Assembly (NCBI GenBank): GCA_030704615.1
Contig: CM060732.1
Span: 42,842,001 to 42,906,000 of the forward strand
Source of the DNA: Takakia lepidozioides
Taxonomy: Eukaryota; Plantae; Bryophyta
Direction of reading: 5' to 3'
Length of the DNA: 64,000 nt
The position numbers and the translations under genes were made by a program. Each line of letters begins with the position of its first letter. Within the stretch, counting starts at the first letter, position 1. Shown here in pieces: positions 26,723 through 40,409 of the stretch. The notes beneath the pieces are model-generated. The model worked only from the letters and a program-made list of their open reading frames with translations. It had not been told where the DNA came from and made no database searches.

Positions 26723-28510
26723 TTACCTGAATCTCCTTAGACTCTTAACATTTACTGGTGGTGGAGAGGCTTTAATGGCCTCTGTCTTTCTGGGATCCAC
26801 AAGAAGTCCCCTATTACACACGATGTGTCCCAAAAGCACCCATGAGTTCACACAAAAAGTACACTTCTCTGGATTCAGGCCCAGACCTCTCATCCTGCAT
26901 CTGGCCAAACATAACTCCAAACACTGAAATCATCCAAGAACACCTGCATGAAATCATCCAGATACTCATGAAAAGATTCACTTATCACTCTATGAAAGGT
27001 TGCTGGTGCATTACAAAGTCCAAAATGCATGACTTTGTATGTATAAGCACCCCAGTCTGTGATGAAAGCTGTCTTTCCCTGGTCTTCTTCTGCCACTTGC
27101 ACTTGATTATAACCAAGCCATCCATGAATGAGTACATCTCATGGCCTGCCACAGTGTCCAATACCGCTTCTGTGAATGGCAAAGGGAAAAGATCTTTCTT
27201 CGTACAAGCATTCAACTTCTTATAGTTCACACAAACACTCAGTTTACCATTCTTCTTGGGAACTATCACAATGGGTGACAACCAAGTTGTATATTCTATC
27301 GGGTATATAAACTTAGCCTCAGCCAACTTCTTGATCTCTTCCCCAACCTTCTGTGCATAGTTGGAATTCATTTTGTACCTTGCATGTTTGATTGGTACTG
27401 ACCCTGGTTCCAGTTCAATCTTATGCTGACAGATCTCAGGTGGTATCCCTTTCAGATCCTCGTAGCTCCAAGCAAATACATCTCTGTATTTGATGAACAA
27501 ACTCTTAGCTTCCTCAAAGAATTCTGGCTCCAAATCAGCCCCTACCTTCACCATCCTCGGTTCCTCTTCAGTTCCCACATTCACTTCTCTCACCTGCTCA
27601 TCAGCTGTGATTGTCCAACCAGTCACCACTTCATCCTGTAAACTCACAGTGGCTGGTTCCTCTAGGATTTCCATTTCTCCCTCTCTTTCTTCATAGAAAT
27701 GTGGTGGGTAACTGCTTGTTTCACCCTCAATTGGTGTTGCTGTCACTACACCACAGCAAATACCTTTTAAACAACTTAGGCCTTCTAGTTGCATCTCTGC
27801 AACCTGCTCCTCCCACTCTGGGTGTGCAGCGAACAGGGTAGCTTCCTGCCCCTCCAGTCATACTCCCTGACCCCTCGAGGTCTTCTCGTAGCAGATAGTC
27901 TACTAGATTTCTTAGTGGTGATTTGTATCTTGTGCATCCCATTATGCATAGTTAGTAACTGGGAATTCCAGTCATGGAATACCCTGGCCTGTTTCAGCCA
28001 CGGTCGACCCAGCAATAAGGAGTAAGCTTCTATGACTTCATCCATTTTCAACACAGTTACTGTGATCTTAAAGATCATCTTTTGAATCTGTATCTTAACT
28101 CCTCTTATCAATCCCAATGGCTGAACACTTCTTTGATCTGCCATTGTTACTGTAAATGGGGCTGGTTTCATGTTACTTAGACCAAGCTTTTGCCTTAATT
28201 GGTCTGTCATGATATTCACTCCAGAGCCTCCATCTATCAGTACATCAGTTAGTTCTGTGCTTCCAATTCTCAATTGGATTACTGGCATAGAATCATCAAA
28301 GTCCATGACTGTTTCTCGCCCTTCCGGCTTCACATTATAACTGGTCACCTTGCTGTTCAGGTCTGTGTTCCCTGTCACATGGGCAATCTGATTGATTGCT
28401 TGATACAGCCTGTGCCTACAATAAGATGCCACAGCCAATAGCTGTCTAATGGTAATCTCCGCTTTGGACTGGCATATTACTTCAGCCAAAGTCCCTTCAT
28501 TACTCTGCAT
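26723..28510 (-). pseudogene. Aspartic protease + reverse transcriptase (frameshifted)
   Basis: VLIDGGSGVNIM; LLLGRPWL; WLSPIVIVPKKNGKL.VCV; MHFGLCNAPATF; VFLDDF; LNPEKC. Confidence 0.92.
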
Positions 28511-28813
28511 TTTTGCAGCTTCTTTCTTCCTTCATCCTCACTCACTTCCTCTTCTCTTTCAGAATCGGAGGAATCTGCCATAGGAATATCAGTACTCTTC
28601 TGCATTTCCCTTATGGTATCTGCCACTTCCTTGTGCAGTTCCTTCTCATCTCTCCAAACCTCATCATCTTCAGGCACATCACTGTCATCTTCATTATCAT
28701 CACCTTCCTCATCTACTGGAGGTATTAATTTAGCTTTGCTTCTGGTTACTATCATTGTACTTACTTCTGGTACAACACATGGCCTAACCATGTGAGCTGC
28801 CACCACCGGCCCC

Positions 28814-30791
28814 TCATTCACAGGAGCTCTCATTCTGGTGTTTGATCCAGAATGGACAAGCTACCTTGCGATGTCTTGCCTGATTACAATAGTAACACAG
28901 TTCTTTCCCATTAGGTCCTCGCCCTTGGTCTGTTCTGGGATTGTTTCTGTAATCCTGATTCCTTGGCTGGTAATTTCCCCTTGGATTACCCTGATAGTTG
29001 CATCTGGAATTTCCTTGGTAATTCCCTCTTGGATTACCTCTCCCTTCCATGCCATTGTTATAACCACCAGGCCTACCATAGTGGTCCTGATCACTGTTTC
29101 TTCTTGGCTGGGGCTGCACTTGATGCACCCTTACTTGCCTAGGTTCTCTTGCAGCTGTCCTTCTGTTGTAGTAACAATTCTCAGTAGAATCCATTTTACA
29201 GATAGTACAGTGTTTCTCCTTCATGTGACATTCAGTGGTGGTATGGCCTTCATTCTGGCATTTTGCACACCAAACACCCTTCCTCCAATATGTTGCAGCC
29301 TCTGTGGCATACTTCTTCAAGATTTCTTCTAATCTTTTCTCATAGTTATCCCTCTTCAACTTTTCCTTCCTCTTACTCTTCCTCTTAAGGTCTTGCTCTT
29401 CTTCCTCATCTAACTCATCCTCAGAGTCCTCATCATCCCTTTTCTCTCTCCTGAGCATTCCCAATTGCTCAATTCTGTTCGCTGTTTCAAATGCCTCCTC
29501 GACTGTATTATGGGGTAACATATCCACTTTCTTTTGCATCTCTGGTCTTAGTCCACTCACAAACCAAGTCTTCTGTAAACCTGGTGCTGGTACAGCAGCC
29601 AGTTTTTTCATCATCAATTCCATCTTTTCCATATACTCCTCAACAGTTTCATGCTTCTTTTGCTTTAACTGTTGTAAACTTCCATACACTTCATCCTCAG
29701 TTTTACTTGTCCTGAACCTATTTCGGAATGTTGTATTCAAGCCATTCCAGGTTAGGAAATGATTATCAGGGAATCTTGCATACCATTCACTTGCTTTCTT
29801 TATAAGTGAACAAGAAAACAGTCTCATCTTGGCATCATCGCCATTCTCATTGTTCACAATACACATGTGCTCAAATTGGCTAATGTGTACATCAGGATCC
29901 CCTTTTCCTGAATATATTGGAAAAGGTGGTTTTGCCCGTGTTGGTTGTAACGCCATCTGTGGCCCTACCCCCTGCCCACTGATAGGTGCTGGCCCCCTTT
30001 GCTAGTGTTGGTCCTTGAGGACCTGTGGTAGTTGTGGTGGAACTTCCACCAAGTGCTGGCCCCTGAGCACTCCCTGCTACTGGCCCCACTATATTCACAG
30101 TATTCCTAACTCCAGTTGCACTACTTCCCACACTCCCTGTCCCCCCAGAGCCAGATCCAGGCTGCCCACCTGATCCCCCTGAGCCAACATCTTCGTTGGC
30201 CTGTGATCCAAGTGCTCCACTTGATCCAGGTCCAACGGGTTGGGATGTCCTGGTTGTAGTCTCAACCTCAGCTATTGGGTCTACTTCTTCATACTCTTCA
30301 TCTTCCAATTTCTTCTCCCTGTTTTCATCTTCCAAGTTCTGCACTTGGGTTTCTTCTTCTTCACTCATGTAACTCAATTGCAATGGTGTTGGAGAGTTTG
30401 AACTCTCCGTTGGCTCTGCCACATCCTCTCCTCCTTCTTCATCTTCTGTTTTAGAAACTGAAGTTCCTGCTTTTGGTGTTCCATGCCAACTCTTATCAAA
30501 GATTTCTGTCAAATCTTTTATCCAGGGATGTACCTCAGATCTTTCACCTCGTGGTTGATCTTCTTCCTGTACCAATTCCCTTAATATTTCTTGCAAAGAA
30601 AAAGAAGGAGTGGCATCCAACTCTAGTTCTTCCGGTATGGGTGATGTACTCTCTGATCTGAATGGTGTGAGAGGTCCAGATGATTCCCTTATGTCTATTC
30701 CTCTCTCCCAAAGATATGGATAATTAGCTTTCAGATAACTTTCTCTTTTTGCTGAATATCTCTGGAGTCTAGCTTCTCTTTCATCACTCAT
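28814..30791 (-). CDS. Gag (retrotransposon gag domain and zinc knuckles), split by a frameshift near 29900-29950
   Basis: FPIYSGKGDPDVHISQF...LKQKKHETVEEY...FVSGLRPE; CAKCQNEGHTTTEC; CYYCNQARHRKVAC. Confidence 0.85.
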
Positions 30792-30811
30792 GTCCCATGT
30801 CTTTCATTTCT

Positions 30812-31507
30812 TTAATGTGGCAATAACCAAAACTCTCTTCTGTAGTATCTCTCGTATATGCCTGGGTTTCTTTCAAGCTTCAATGCACCCTTTGCTATAC
30901 TAGAAGTCTCCGTTACCATATAACCATATGGCAAACAAGTCTGAAAAGCTGTTCTTGGTGTGAGTTTGATCCACAAAATATCCTTTGGAATCCAATTCTT
31001 TACCAGTACAAGCTCCTCATGCATATGAGTATAAACATTCACCTTCATTTCCTCCCAGCCTTCAAACTCTACTCGCTTAATGGATAGCAATGCTATCACA
31101 TAAACCAGTGTTGGTAACCAACGTGCTCTTCCTCTACAGGCCACCTGATAAATCTTTATCACTCCTTTCTCCAGATCCCACTCAGGGTCAACATCATGCA
31201 CTCTCTTAAGAATGTTTTCTTTACAACCGTCTGGCAATTCCAAGAACCTCTGAAAGAATTGTTTGGACAATCTTTCCTTCTCAATTCCATAGGGAATTTG
31301 ATTCACATCAAATTCTTTAATTCTCCAACCACCATGATCCCACCAGATGCTTGTCACATCTGGTTGTTCATGACCCAGTTCCCCAGTATGGTCGCCAAAT
31401 GTCGAGCGGCTTTTACTCACCCATCCCTTTGCTATCCGAGGTGGAAACTCCAAGATAGAAGAGTTGGATATCTCTAAGCACTCAGCCTGCTCAGAACAAT
31501 CAGTCAT
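30812..31507 (-). CDS. 5' extra ORF (231 aa) that starts in the LTR and reads through the PBS
   Basis: Intact ATG-to-stop frame upstream of gag; no domain recognised. Confidence 0.55.
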   Translation of the reverse strand: MTDCSEQAECLEISNSSILEFPPRIAKGWVSKSRSTFGDHTGELGHEQPDVTSIWWDHGGWRIKEFDVNQIPYGIEKERLSKQFFQRFLELPDGCKENILKRVHDVDPEWDLEKGVIKIYQVACRGRARWLPTLVYVIALLSIKRVEFEGWEEMKVNVYTHMHEELVLVKNWIPKDILWIKLTPRTAFQTCLPYGYMVTETSSIAKGALKLERNPGIYERYYRREFWLLPH

Positions 31508-32407
31508 GACCTACAACTAGTGAATCATGGTTGTGCTTCCTATTTGTATTCCTTATTGCCTTCATGTTATCAATTTACCTTACCGTGTATACTGAAGCAT
31601 CAGATTGCTTCAGTATCTACTAAGTTCCAATTAATCATGCATTCATTCCACAGCTTCTTTCATGTCTCTCTACACAGTATGTTTGTATCGAATCAGTATC
31701 GGATTAAGATTAATCATGTATTATGCCTATGCCATGGCGTCCCTAATCTACCCTACTGTATAATTTTACAGCTTGCATGAATTAAGCCTCAATCAAGTCA
31801 TCATCTCCTCTTCATTGTTTCCGCTCTCCGTTACGTCTCCTCCTCTCCTCAACAAGTCGCCCTCCTCCAGAAGTGATCCTCTTCCTGTTGCCGCCCTGCC
31901 TAATCTACCCACAAGCTGTTCTAACCACCTAACTAACTAACCGTCACCCCTGAAGTAACACGTTCCCTTTGCAGATATCGTTCCCACACAGTCGTTCCCT
32001 GTCAATGATAACTGTTCCCCATGTACACTGTGACAGGCTGTGTCAAGCTGTGTCGAGCTGTGACTGGCTGTGCAAAGCTGTGTCGGGTTGTGTCAGACTA
32101 TGTCTGGCTGTGATAGACTGTGACGGGCTGTGTAAAACTGTGTCGGGCTGTGACTGGCTGTGCGAAGCTGTGTCGGCTGTGTCAGACTGTGTCTGGCTGT
32201 GATAGACTGTGACGGGCTGTGTAAAGCTGTGTCGGGCTGTGTCGGGCTGTGATAGACTGTCACAAGCTGTCTACCCCCCCTAAAGCCTGCGCCTGCCACC
32301 CCTAAGGCTCCTGTTGGTCTCAGTCTACCATTCATAAGTCTGCGTAAAAATTAAGGGTACGCCACAGAACCCGTAAAAGCGTCTAAGTCCCAAGCAACCC
32401 TCTAACA
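31400..32407 (-). repeat. 5' LTR
   Basis: Direct repeat of 20772-21910, followed internally by the PBS. Confidence 0.95.
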
Positions 32408-33467
32408 ATGTTTCCCTTTATAAAATTAAAAAAAGAAAAGGAAAAACTTAGATGTATGTGTCATATGTAGTTATTATCATTATGCAAATATTATGCCTAT
32501 TATTTATGTGTTGTATGGTTCAGATAGGATGTAGTTATGTAGTGGTATGTATGTGCACGATAAGAACTGTAATATGATATCAATATATGAATCGAGACGT
32601 TTGTTTTGTTTTGTTTTGTTTGTTTTAGAGATTTGAGATGTCCCAAACTGCGGGGCCCCACCCTGAGTGCTTGGTCCCATTGGAAAGCCCTCTACGAGGA
32701 GGGGTGCACGGGCGTGATCTCACGACTTTTGGACCTACAGTGTGGGAGATGTGGAATTTCAAGTACTTTGGGAAAGGTCTGCGGTTCAAATCTGGTGGTA
32801 GGCTATGTGGAAAAAAAATGATGAGATATGGCTAAAACGAATTTCAAGTACCGTAGTGGGAAGGCTGATATGGCATTGAAGTGCCGAATATATATATTTT
32901 TGCAACAAAATACTCCGGCATAACTTAAGGAAAATTCTAGATTTTACGGCAATGTCACAAGGAGATTTTAAGTAGTTCGGCGGTGACAGCTGTTGGACTT
33001 TAGAGCTGAAACATGTTTCCAGCAAATATCGTGGCGTAGTAATATTGCTACACAGTGGTTTGCGCGTTGGCTGCGATGGCTAAGTGGCAGCCCGTCTCTT
33101 CTCTCGCACAGTGGATGGTGGATAGTACTATGACTAAAAGCCTAGAACCTTACAAGGTATTAGTTCTGAAGAAATTTAGGAACCATAGTTCTCTTTGCTA
33201 TTGTACTTGCAAGAATTGTTTTACATTGAGATGGTTAAGATTACCAGCAAGATGCACATGTCCTTTAAAATTGAAAGAAAACTTTGGTCTAGATTTTGCT
33301 GTGAGAAATAAAAGAATGAAGTGTCGCTGTTTTAGAAGGTTCAGATTGCTTCCAAATTGGATGTGTACGTGTAAATTAGTTGATTAGCATGATAATGTAT
33401 GTCTAGTTTAAGATAGCCATTTCTCAATCTCCTGCGTAATAGATCTTAGCTTTGGCAACCTAGGATC

Positions 33468-35388
33468 ATGAGACAACCATTGTTATCTTCTTTGTTCCGA
33501 GGGATAGACAAGGCTGAGAGGTTACTTGAAGTTCAACGAGAAGGAGGGAAACTCGCTCATAATGCAACGAAAGTGGTGGTTGAGGCCCCTCCCAAACGAC
33601 GAGTAGGAAGGCCTTGCAAAGAGAGAGGGTTGGCTGCAGCTTTGGTATGTTAGCCCATTGCACCAGAAGGAAGTCTTCGTGGTCAAGAAGCTCGACGTTC
33701 GAGTTCAACGTCTATGGGCAAACGACAAAGAGGCCTCTATACAAACTGGTTTACAAATGAATTATGGCCTCCAATTGCCTTAGCCGTTAAAAGGCATAAA
33801 CGCCTTGGGGCTGCACTCAAATATTTGCGTCTAGCTTACAAGTCGGTACTCTCTATCCAAACCATTTTTTTAAGAGTATTTTTGTAGCACTTTCATTATA
33901 ATATTTCTCTAAGACTTCTTTTTTGGAACGTTGATGTAGGTTACCAGGGCAACTCACTGGTCCGTATGAAAAATTAAGCAGGGGCTGCCTTTATGACTGG
34001 TTCACTCCTACTGGAGTATTGAAACCTCAATATGCCTCTCATGTGGAGAGTCAATAATCTTGGAGTAGATCCTCCCAACGCAAACATGTTCTATCTACTA
34101 TACCAGATGTGGTACAAAAGAATTATGTGAGTTGTTAAGAGCCATGAGAGCATCTGGTAAATCTTTAAATGCTGTGATTGTTCAGCCAATTATTGTAGGA
34201 TTTCTCAGAGCTAAAGCACCACAGGTTCTAGGAAAGTGTCAGGTGTCTCTCAAATGGACACGGAAATTTATGCGTACCCATTTGAACTGGTCATATAGAA
34301 AGCCCACAACCGAACATGGGAAAATTCCATCTGACTGGGAACTACAAGGCAAAATGATGGCTTATTGTATTGCGTACCTGATGAAGTGTTAGACAGGTGT
34401 GAAGCTTGTTCCAATGTCTGGGGAAATGACCTGGGAGCTGAAAGGTTCAAAAAAAATTGGTCAAGTAGGTATGGATGATAAGAGAGCAGTGACAGCCTGT
34501 GTATCCTCTACAGCCAGTGGATCTATGTTACCCTTACAAATTGTTTTTACTGGACAGACCCTCCGGTCTTTGCCTAAAAGCGATGCAGCAAAGCAAAATC
34601 TCAGAGCAGGTTTTCATTGGGCATTGTCAGCCAATCACTGGTCGACATTAAATACCTGGAAAGACTTTGTAAGGAAGATTTTGCTACCCTATTTGGACAC
34701 AGAGAGAACCAAGTTGAATCTCCCATCTTCTCAAAAGATAGTATGGTTGATTGACTATTGGAGTGTTCACAAGTCACTTGAATTCATGGCTTGGATGAAG
34801 AGTGAACATCCACATATTTGTGTTCTTTTTGTTCCGGCTGGTTGTACATCAAAATATCAACCTGCAGATGTTATATTACAAAGGCCAATGAAATGTGCCT
34901 TTGCTGATCAGTTTAAACATTGGTCAGCAAGTCAGATCCAAAGGCAAATACAAACAGGTGTTCCAGTGGAGAAAATGGCAGTCAATACATCACTTGCGGT
35001 TATGTGAGAGAATACTGCGATCTGGTTGTTCAATGCTTGGAACAAGGTGAAGGAAGAACGTAACATGATAATTCAAGGTTGGGCAAAATGTGGTATTATT
35101 CGCGCGTTTGATTTGGAGTTCCAGGCTGAAGCTATGCAAGCTAACCACCAAGGCTCATTGTTTGCGTCCTCGAACGAGCATGAAGCTGTTGATATAATAG
35201 CTGATGGTAGACTTGCGTTTGATGAAGTACCTGACGTGTACTTGGATGATACAATCGTAGGGGTGATGAGCCGGTGTCTGGCTGATATGGATATTAGCAA
35301 GCCTGCTCATGATCTCCCAGATCTTAATTGCAATCCAGATGGTGGGGACCTGCAGAGGTTAGATGATTTGATTGATCAACTCACCTAG
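33468..35388 (+). mobile_element. pogo-like (Tc1/mariner-related, DDE_1) transposase pseudogene
   Basis: VTACVSSTASGSMLPLQIVFTG, WLIDYWSVH and FVPAGCTSKYQPADV (37 residues between the last two Asp). The first catalytic Asp region is lost and there are several stops. No TIRs were located. Confidence 0.85.
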
Positions 35389-35745
35389 TCATTTGTTTGA
35401 CATTTTAGGCAATTTTTAATATAGTTTCTGGAATTTCGACAACGCATTTGAATGCATAGGAGATTGCACTTGGGCTTAGATGACCCTGGACACTTGGGCC
35501 AAAGCATAGAATAGTGTATTTGTGGAGCACGCTTTGAGTTGGGGTTTCAATCCCAAGCTTGGGAAGAGCATATCTATGGAAGTGGCAAGTGCAGGGCTGG
35601 ATTAGGAGCTCTAAGAGGTGCGCTATGGCCATGGAAGGAAACACTATGAGTGCATGCGATGGCTAGAAGAGGGTATGCCATAGAAAGCTCAATAGCTTGT
35701 TCTATGCTTGTTTCAATAAGTTCTATAGAGAAAGAGAGCTTGTTG

Positions 35746-37442
35746 TGTGGCAAATAGCCTGCTCAGGGAGTTAGAGGCACTCTTGGTGGTCTATTGAGGC
35801 TCAAGAAACCAAGAACAGCACCTCTGGTTGCTCCATAGAAGCCATAGCTCGTTGCAACAATTGCAGAGGCAAAGCGGCGCAAACCCTAGCTTGGGAACGC
35901 GTGAGAACGCTTGGGAACGAGTGTGAACTCCTTGGGAACTTGAGGGAACGTGCGAGAACGCTTGGGAACTCCTTGGGAACTCGTGGGAACGCATAGGAAC
36001 GCGTGGGAACATTGCCCCAGAGTTGGGAGCACCACCATTGTCCAATTGGATGAACTATTGAGCCAGTAGATGAAACTCGGCGCACTTGGATGAGAATCGG
36101 TTGCAGTGGATGAAACTGCGCCAGAGGATGAACTATCGCGCTATCGGATGAAAAATTGCAGCGACGGATGAAACCGCGTCAGCGGATGAACTATCGTGCC
36201 ATCGGATGAAAAATGAAACTGCACCAGTGGATGAAATATCGCGGCGGATGAAGTATCGGACCTGTGGATGAGAAATTGCAGTTTTGGATGAAATTTGGTC
36301 AGTGACGGATGAAAAATCGACTGACTATGGATATTTTTGGAGCTCTCTGGGGCCTGCTTTGAGGACTATTTGGGGTCTATTGAGGCCAATATCTTGCAGG
36401 TATTGGGGCCTGCTTGAGGACTGTTTGGGGTCTATTGAGGCCAATATTTTACAGGTATTGGGGTCTGCTTGAGGACTATTTGGAGTCTATTGAAGCCAAT
36501 ACTTAGCAGATTTGAGGAGCTTCTTCAGGGCTGTTGGAGGACTGTTAGAGGTCCTTGGAGGCCAATACTTGGCAGATTGGAGGAGCTTCTTAAGGGCTGT
36601 TGGAGGACTGTTGGAGGTCCTTGGAGGCAAGTACTTGGCAGATTGGAGGAGCTTCTTAAGGGCTGTTGGAGGACTGTTGGAGGTCCTTGGAGGCAAGTAC
36701 TTGGCAGGCTTGTGGAGCCATTGTGAGGGCTGGTTGGAGACCTTGGAGGCCACTAATTGGCAGGCGCCTAGGGCCTTTTGATGGACTATTTAGAGTCCAA
36801 GTTTGCGAACTTCTTGAACCTCGGTGGGTCTATGTGAGGGGCTGATTGAGGGCAGATTTCAGAAGTTCATGGCAATAATTTGAGGGCTCTTAAGAGTCAT
36901 TTGAGAGGTTATTTAAGGATAGTCTTATCTATTGCTTGAGCAAGAGTGAGTGTGAAGATAGGGGGAATAATGGGATGAGAGCATTCTGGGCTTAGAGATT
37001 GCTTTAGCTTCCCTTCTCTATAGTCTTCTATCATTCTTGTAGGCCAAAGCTTTTCCGTAAGCGGAGGCAGAGCTAGTTTGGATAGAGACTTGGCCATCTT
37101 GCAGGTTTATTGAAGGCGCAAGGAGATCGATCGATTTAAACTGTGGGAGGTGTTGTTGTTTGAGTTTCCTGTGTTTGGATCCTCCTCCCACACATGCATG
37201 CTTGACTATGCGCCATGCTAGTTTGGTTTGGGCGCTTGCTTTTATAGGTGGTTGTGCCGGAAATATTGTGGCCGGCCGATCCTAGAGCGTGCTGTCGGTG
37301 ATGAGGTTGGGGTGATGACCAGCAGACCATCATTGTTTCTCTTATGATGAGGCTGGGTTGAAGACCAGCTGACCATAGGAGTGCCTGCGGTGGATGCAGG
37401 TTCGGAATAGGAACCTAGTATTCCAAACCATAAGCCGTAACA
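35746..37442 (+). repeat. Putative 5' LTR or leader of the second gypsy element, with GGGAAC, GGATGA and 66-bp tandem repeats (left boundary uncertain)
   Basis: Ends CCGTAACA about 80 bp before gag; candidate start TGTGGC at 35746. Internal arrays at 35890-36010, 36045-36320 and 36340-36750. Confidence 0.45.
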
Positions 37443-37524
37443 GGTTCTCTACCCGGTTATCTCGTGGAAAGGGGGATTAGAGACAAGCTGATAGCCGGTT
37501 TGAGTGTGAGTTTTCATCACGGAG

Positions 37525-38916
37525 GTGCCACCAATTGCTGAGGAGAGTGCCGGTACGAGCATCAGCGATACTAGTGGGTATACAAGACGAGGTGTGCGGT
37601 TTAGACCACCTTCACCTTCAGTGTCTTCTGAGGAAGATTCAGACTCAGAGTTAGGAGGAAAATCGCCGAGGGTGCAAGCCATTTCCGTGCCATTGTTGTG
37701 GGATACGATGGAGGAAATGTATGGAGCTACCAAAGGGCCACGTCAGTACTCGGGAGCTGTGGGCACCATCGAGCTTGATGATTTCATACAGGAGTTTGAT
37801 AGTTGGTGTGATTTGCAGCAGATGCGCAATCCACAACTGTTTACGCCTTCTATGGCGTGGAAGAGGCTGTTTCAGCACCTTGAGGGGCCGCCTATGGATG
37901 ACTACCATGAGTTTAGGCGGGGAAATGAGGTGGAGATTGAGGAGTGGCGACAATATTGGTCACCTAATTATATCTCCATCACTAGAGGCACAAAGGCAGC
38001 GGCGATACCAGCAGCTACACTAACATCCCCAACTGCAAGCACTAGTAGTGGGACAAGTAATGATAGAGCTGGGAAATCCACCCAAGCTCCTGCTGCAGCA
38101 CCAGCACCCGTGCCTGCCTTTAACCCAGTTGTGGAGGAGTTTAGGAGAAACTACCAGGGGATAAGGACAGAGAAATTGCGGAGCTTGCAAGAGTTCCAAC
38201 GCAAGCCTACTGAGAGTTTGAGAGAGGCTTACACGCGCATGAGGCGAAATGTGACCCAAGGGGTTACGGAAGCTCAAGTAGTCCAATTCTGGTATGGAAT
38301 ATTGGACAAGGAGCTGAGGAGAAGGGTGCGGGATGCAACTCTCATACAAGTGGTCCAACCCACCTTAGCAAACGTGTTTTTGCTGGTAGAGCGGATAGAG
38401 CTCAATATGGTGGAGGAGCAAGTGGTCATGGTGGGGTTTGGTAAGGAGACACAACAAAGTGGGGCTCCTAGCCAACAACAACCACTACCCCAACGTGCTC
38501 AAGGCAACAAGGGGGCTTAGGCAAAGCCCAGGGAAGGACAGAGAGGATCTCAATTTCAGAGGTCACTTCCTTCATTCTCAGGCCAACAACAGTCGGGTGT
38601 GACATTTTGGGATTGTGGAGGACCCCATGTTAAGAGAGATTGCCTGGAGAGAGGCAAAGGGCCGACACAGGCACAGCCTACACAACTACAGTGCGGGCAT
38701 TGTGGCAAGTATGGGCATGAGGAGGCCCATTGTTATAACTTGCATCTTGAGCTACGGCCAGGCCAGTTCCAAAGGAACAATGGTGGCCGAGGACGAGGCA
38801 ATGTCAGAGAGGTAGAGAAGGCAGAGGTCGTGGTGGTGGTCGTAATCAAAACCAGGGAGCACAAGGTCAAGGTCAAGGTCATGACCAAGGCATGGTGGAT
38901 AGGCTTGTCCAGCTAG
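37525..38916 (+). pseudogene. Gag of the DNMT-bearing gypsy element
   Basis: RQYSG...LDDFIQEFDSW, FQRKPTESLREAYTRM and two zinc knuckles; a stop at 38518 and a frameshift near 38810. Confidence 0.8.
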
Positions 38917-39191
38917 AGCAACGTCTTGCTACCATGGCCACTACGCATGTTGCGCCAGCTCCAAGGCCTGAGGTTCAAGCCCCACCTGCACAACCTCCTA
39001 TGCCTAAGGAAGACCACATTGGTATGGGCTTCATGTGTGGAGCCGCACTTGCAGGACCATTGCATGTGGACTCTGCAGCTGCTGTCACTCGAGCAGCAAC
39101 TCGTGCTCTTGAGCCAAGAGGAGCAGATGTGGATTTTGATCCACAAAGAGGGGAAGCAAGTCGATAGACAAGGCTTCCACAGTCTTTCACA

Positions 39192-40274
39192 TTGGCTGAG
39201 ATGCCAACTATGTCATCGATAGCACCCGCTCGCCCAAGTATGTCAGAGGTAGAGCCACGAGTGCCAGTGGGGAAAGTTGGTGTGGCTCGGAAAATGCCAG
39301 TGGGTGGTGCTGCAAAGCAAGGTGCAGCGAGCATATTGTTGGGGGCGACTATGGCTGTTTGCCAAGCTCCATTGTTTTCTGCAATGACCATTGCAATGTC
39401 GGGGATTCGGCCAGCTGCTGTATTTAGACTAGCAGCTAGACTTTGTGAGAGTGGTGATGCATCGGCACTATCTACGGGGATAGCGGATAATGTGCAGTGC
39501 ATGGATGCCCTGGACTCAAGGGTGAAGACAGCCACAGCTGCACCATGGCAAACGGTAGCTGCAAGGTTGCAGGAATTGCCAGCTAGACCAGCCATTGAGC
39601 GTAGTATGATGACTCCTGGGGCAGTCCTGGTGGACAATCAGGATGGTGTGTTTCAGTTGGGTGGCCCAGCCGGGAGGAGGTATAGGCCACTACGGGTCTT
39701 GTTGGACTCGGGAGCACAACCATTGATGTTGGGAAGAGCAGCAATTGCAGGCTTGGGCCTTATAGAAGCGGATTTGGAGCCTTGCCCTATCCAAATTCAA
39801 ACATCTTTGGGCGGTTCAGAGAAGGCACGAGGGATTACACGTCATGAGCTCTTCATTCGATTGCAGCCGGATCATCCTACGGACGGCTCAGTCATGAGAG
39901 TTAAAGCCATTGTTACGGACGTGATGTCTTATGATGTACTTGTTGGTGGGGCGGTGTTATACCCCATGGGATTCACTTTGGACTTTTGGGAGGAAACGAC
40001 ATCCTACAAGCCGGAATGGCAGTCAGGAGATGGCCGTGCACTGCTTCCAGTGCGGTTTATTGGGAATGTAGCGGTGGATTGTAGGAACATGATGCCCACA
40101 TTGGCTGCATTTTCAGGGGTGGTGGCTTGGGGTGGTGAGCTCTTGGAGGGCAATAGCCATACAGATGATATGCCATCACCTGATGAGGACAAACAATTGG
40201 CATACAGGGCTGATTTGCTTCCTCATGTGCCTGTGCATATTCCACTGTGGGGTACGGTTGGGAATTTGCATTGA
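39192..40274 (+). CDS. Retropepsin (aspartic protease) region of Pol
   Basis: LRVLLDSGAQPLMLG ... SYDVLVGGAVL. Confidence 0.85.
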   Translation: MAEMPTMSSIAPARPSMSEVEPRVPVGKVGVARKMPVGGAAKQGAASILLGATMAVCQAPLFSAMTIAMSGIRPAAVFRLAARLCESGDASALSTGIADNVQCMDALDSRVKTATAAPWQTVAARLQELPARPAIERSMMTPGAVLVDNQDGVFQLGGPAGRRYRPLRVLLDSGAQPLMLGRAAIAGLGLIEADLEPCPIQIQTSLGGSEKARGITRHELFIRLQPDHPTDGSVMRVKAIVTDVMSYDVLVGGAVLYPMGFTLDFWEETTSYKPEWQSGDGRALLPVRFIGNVAVDCRNMMPTLAAFSGVVAWGGELLEGNSHTDDMPSPDEDKQLAYRADLLPHVPVHIPLWGTVGNLH

Positions 40275-40409
40275 GTAGCAGGGGAGTGTGTGCACCAAGC
40301 ATGGTAGCTGGCCTTTCCATTGATGAGTGAGGGGAGTTCAGTGACATCACCTGGACCTCCTGAGTTAGCTCCTTTGGACACGGTGCCCATTACCTGGCAA
40401 CCACTTGAC

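Larger units (their letters stand above)
20772..32407 (-). mobile_element. Ty3/gypsy LTR retrotransposon (non-chromovirus, Tat/Athila-like) with both LTRs, internally deleted pol and extra ORFs
   Basis: LTRs at 20772-21910 and 31400-32407, both TG...CA. TSD GTGTT/ATGTT (4 of 5 match). PBS TTTGGCGACCA... next to the 5' LTR (tRNA-Arg-like). PPT GAGAGGGGCAGGGGTAA next to the 3' LTR. Gene order is gag-PR-RT. Confidence 0.95.

Noticed and set aside
36284-36781. Repetitive ORFs (LEELLKGCWRT...)
   Set aside because: By-product of a 66-bp tandem repeat that is open in several frames.
38975-39637. 220-aa antisense ORF
   Set aside because: Shadow of the gag-pol frame with no independent motif.
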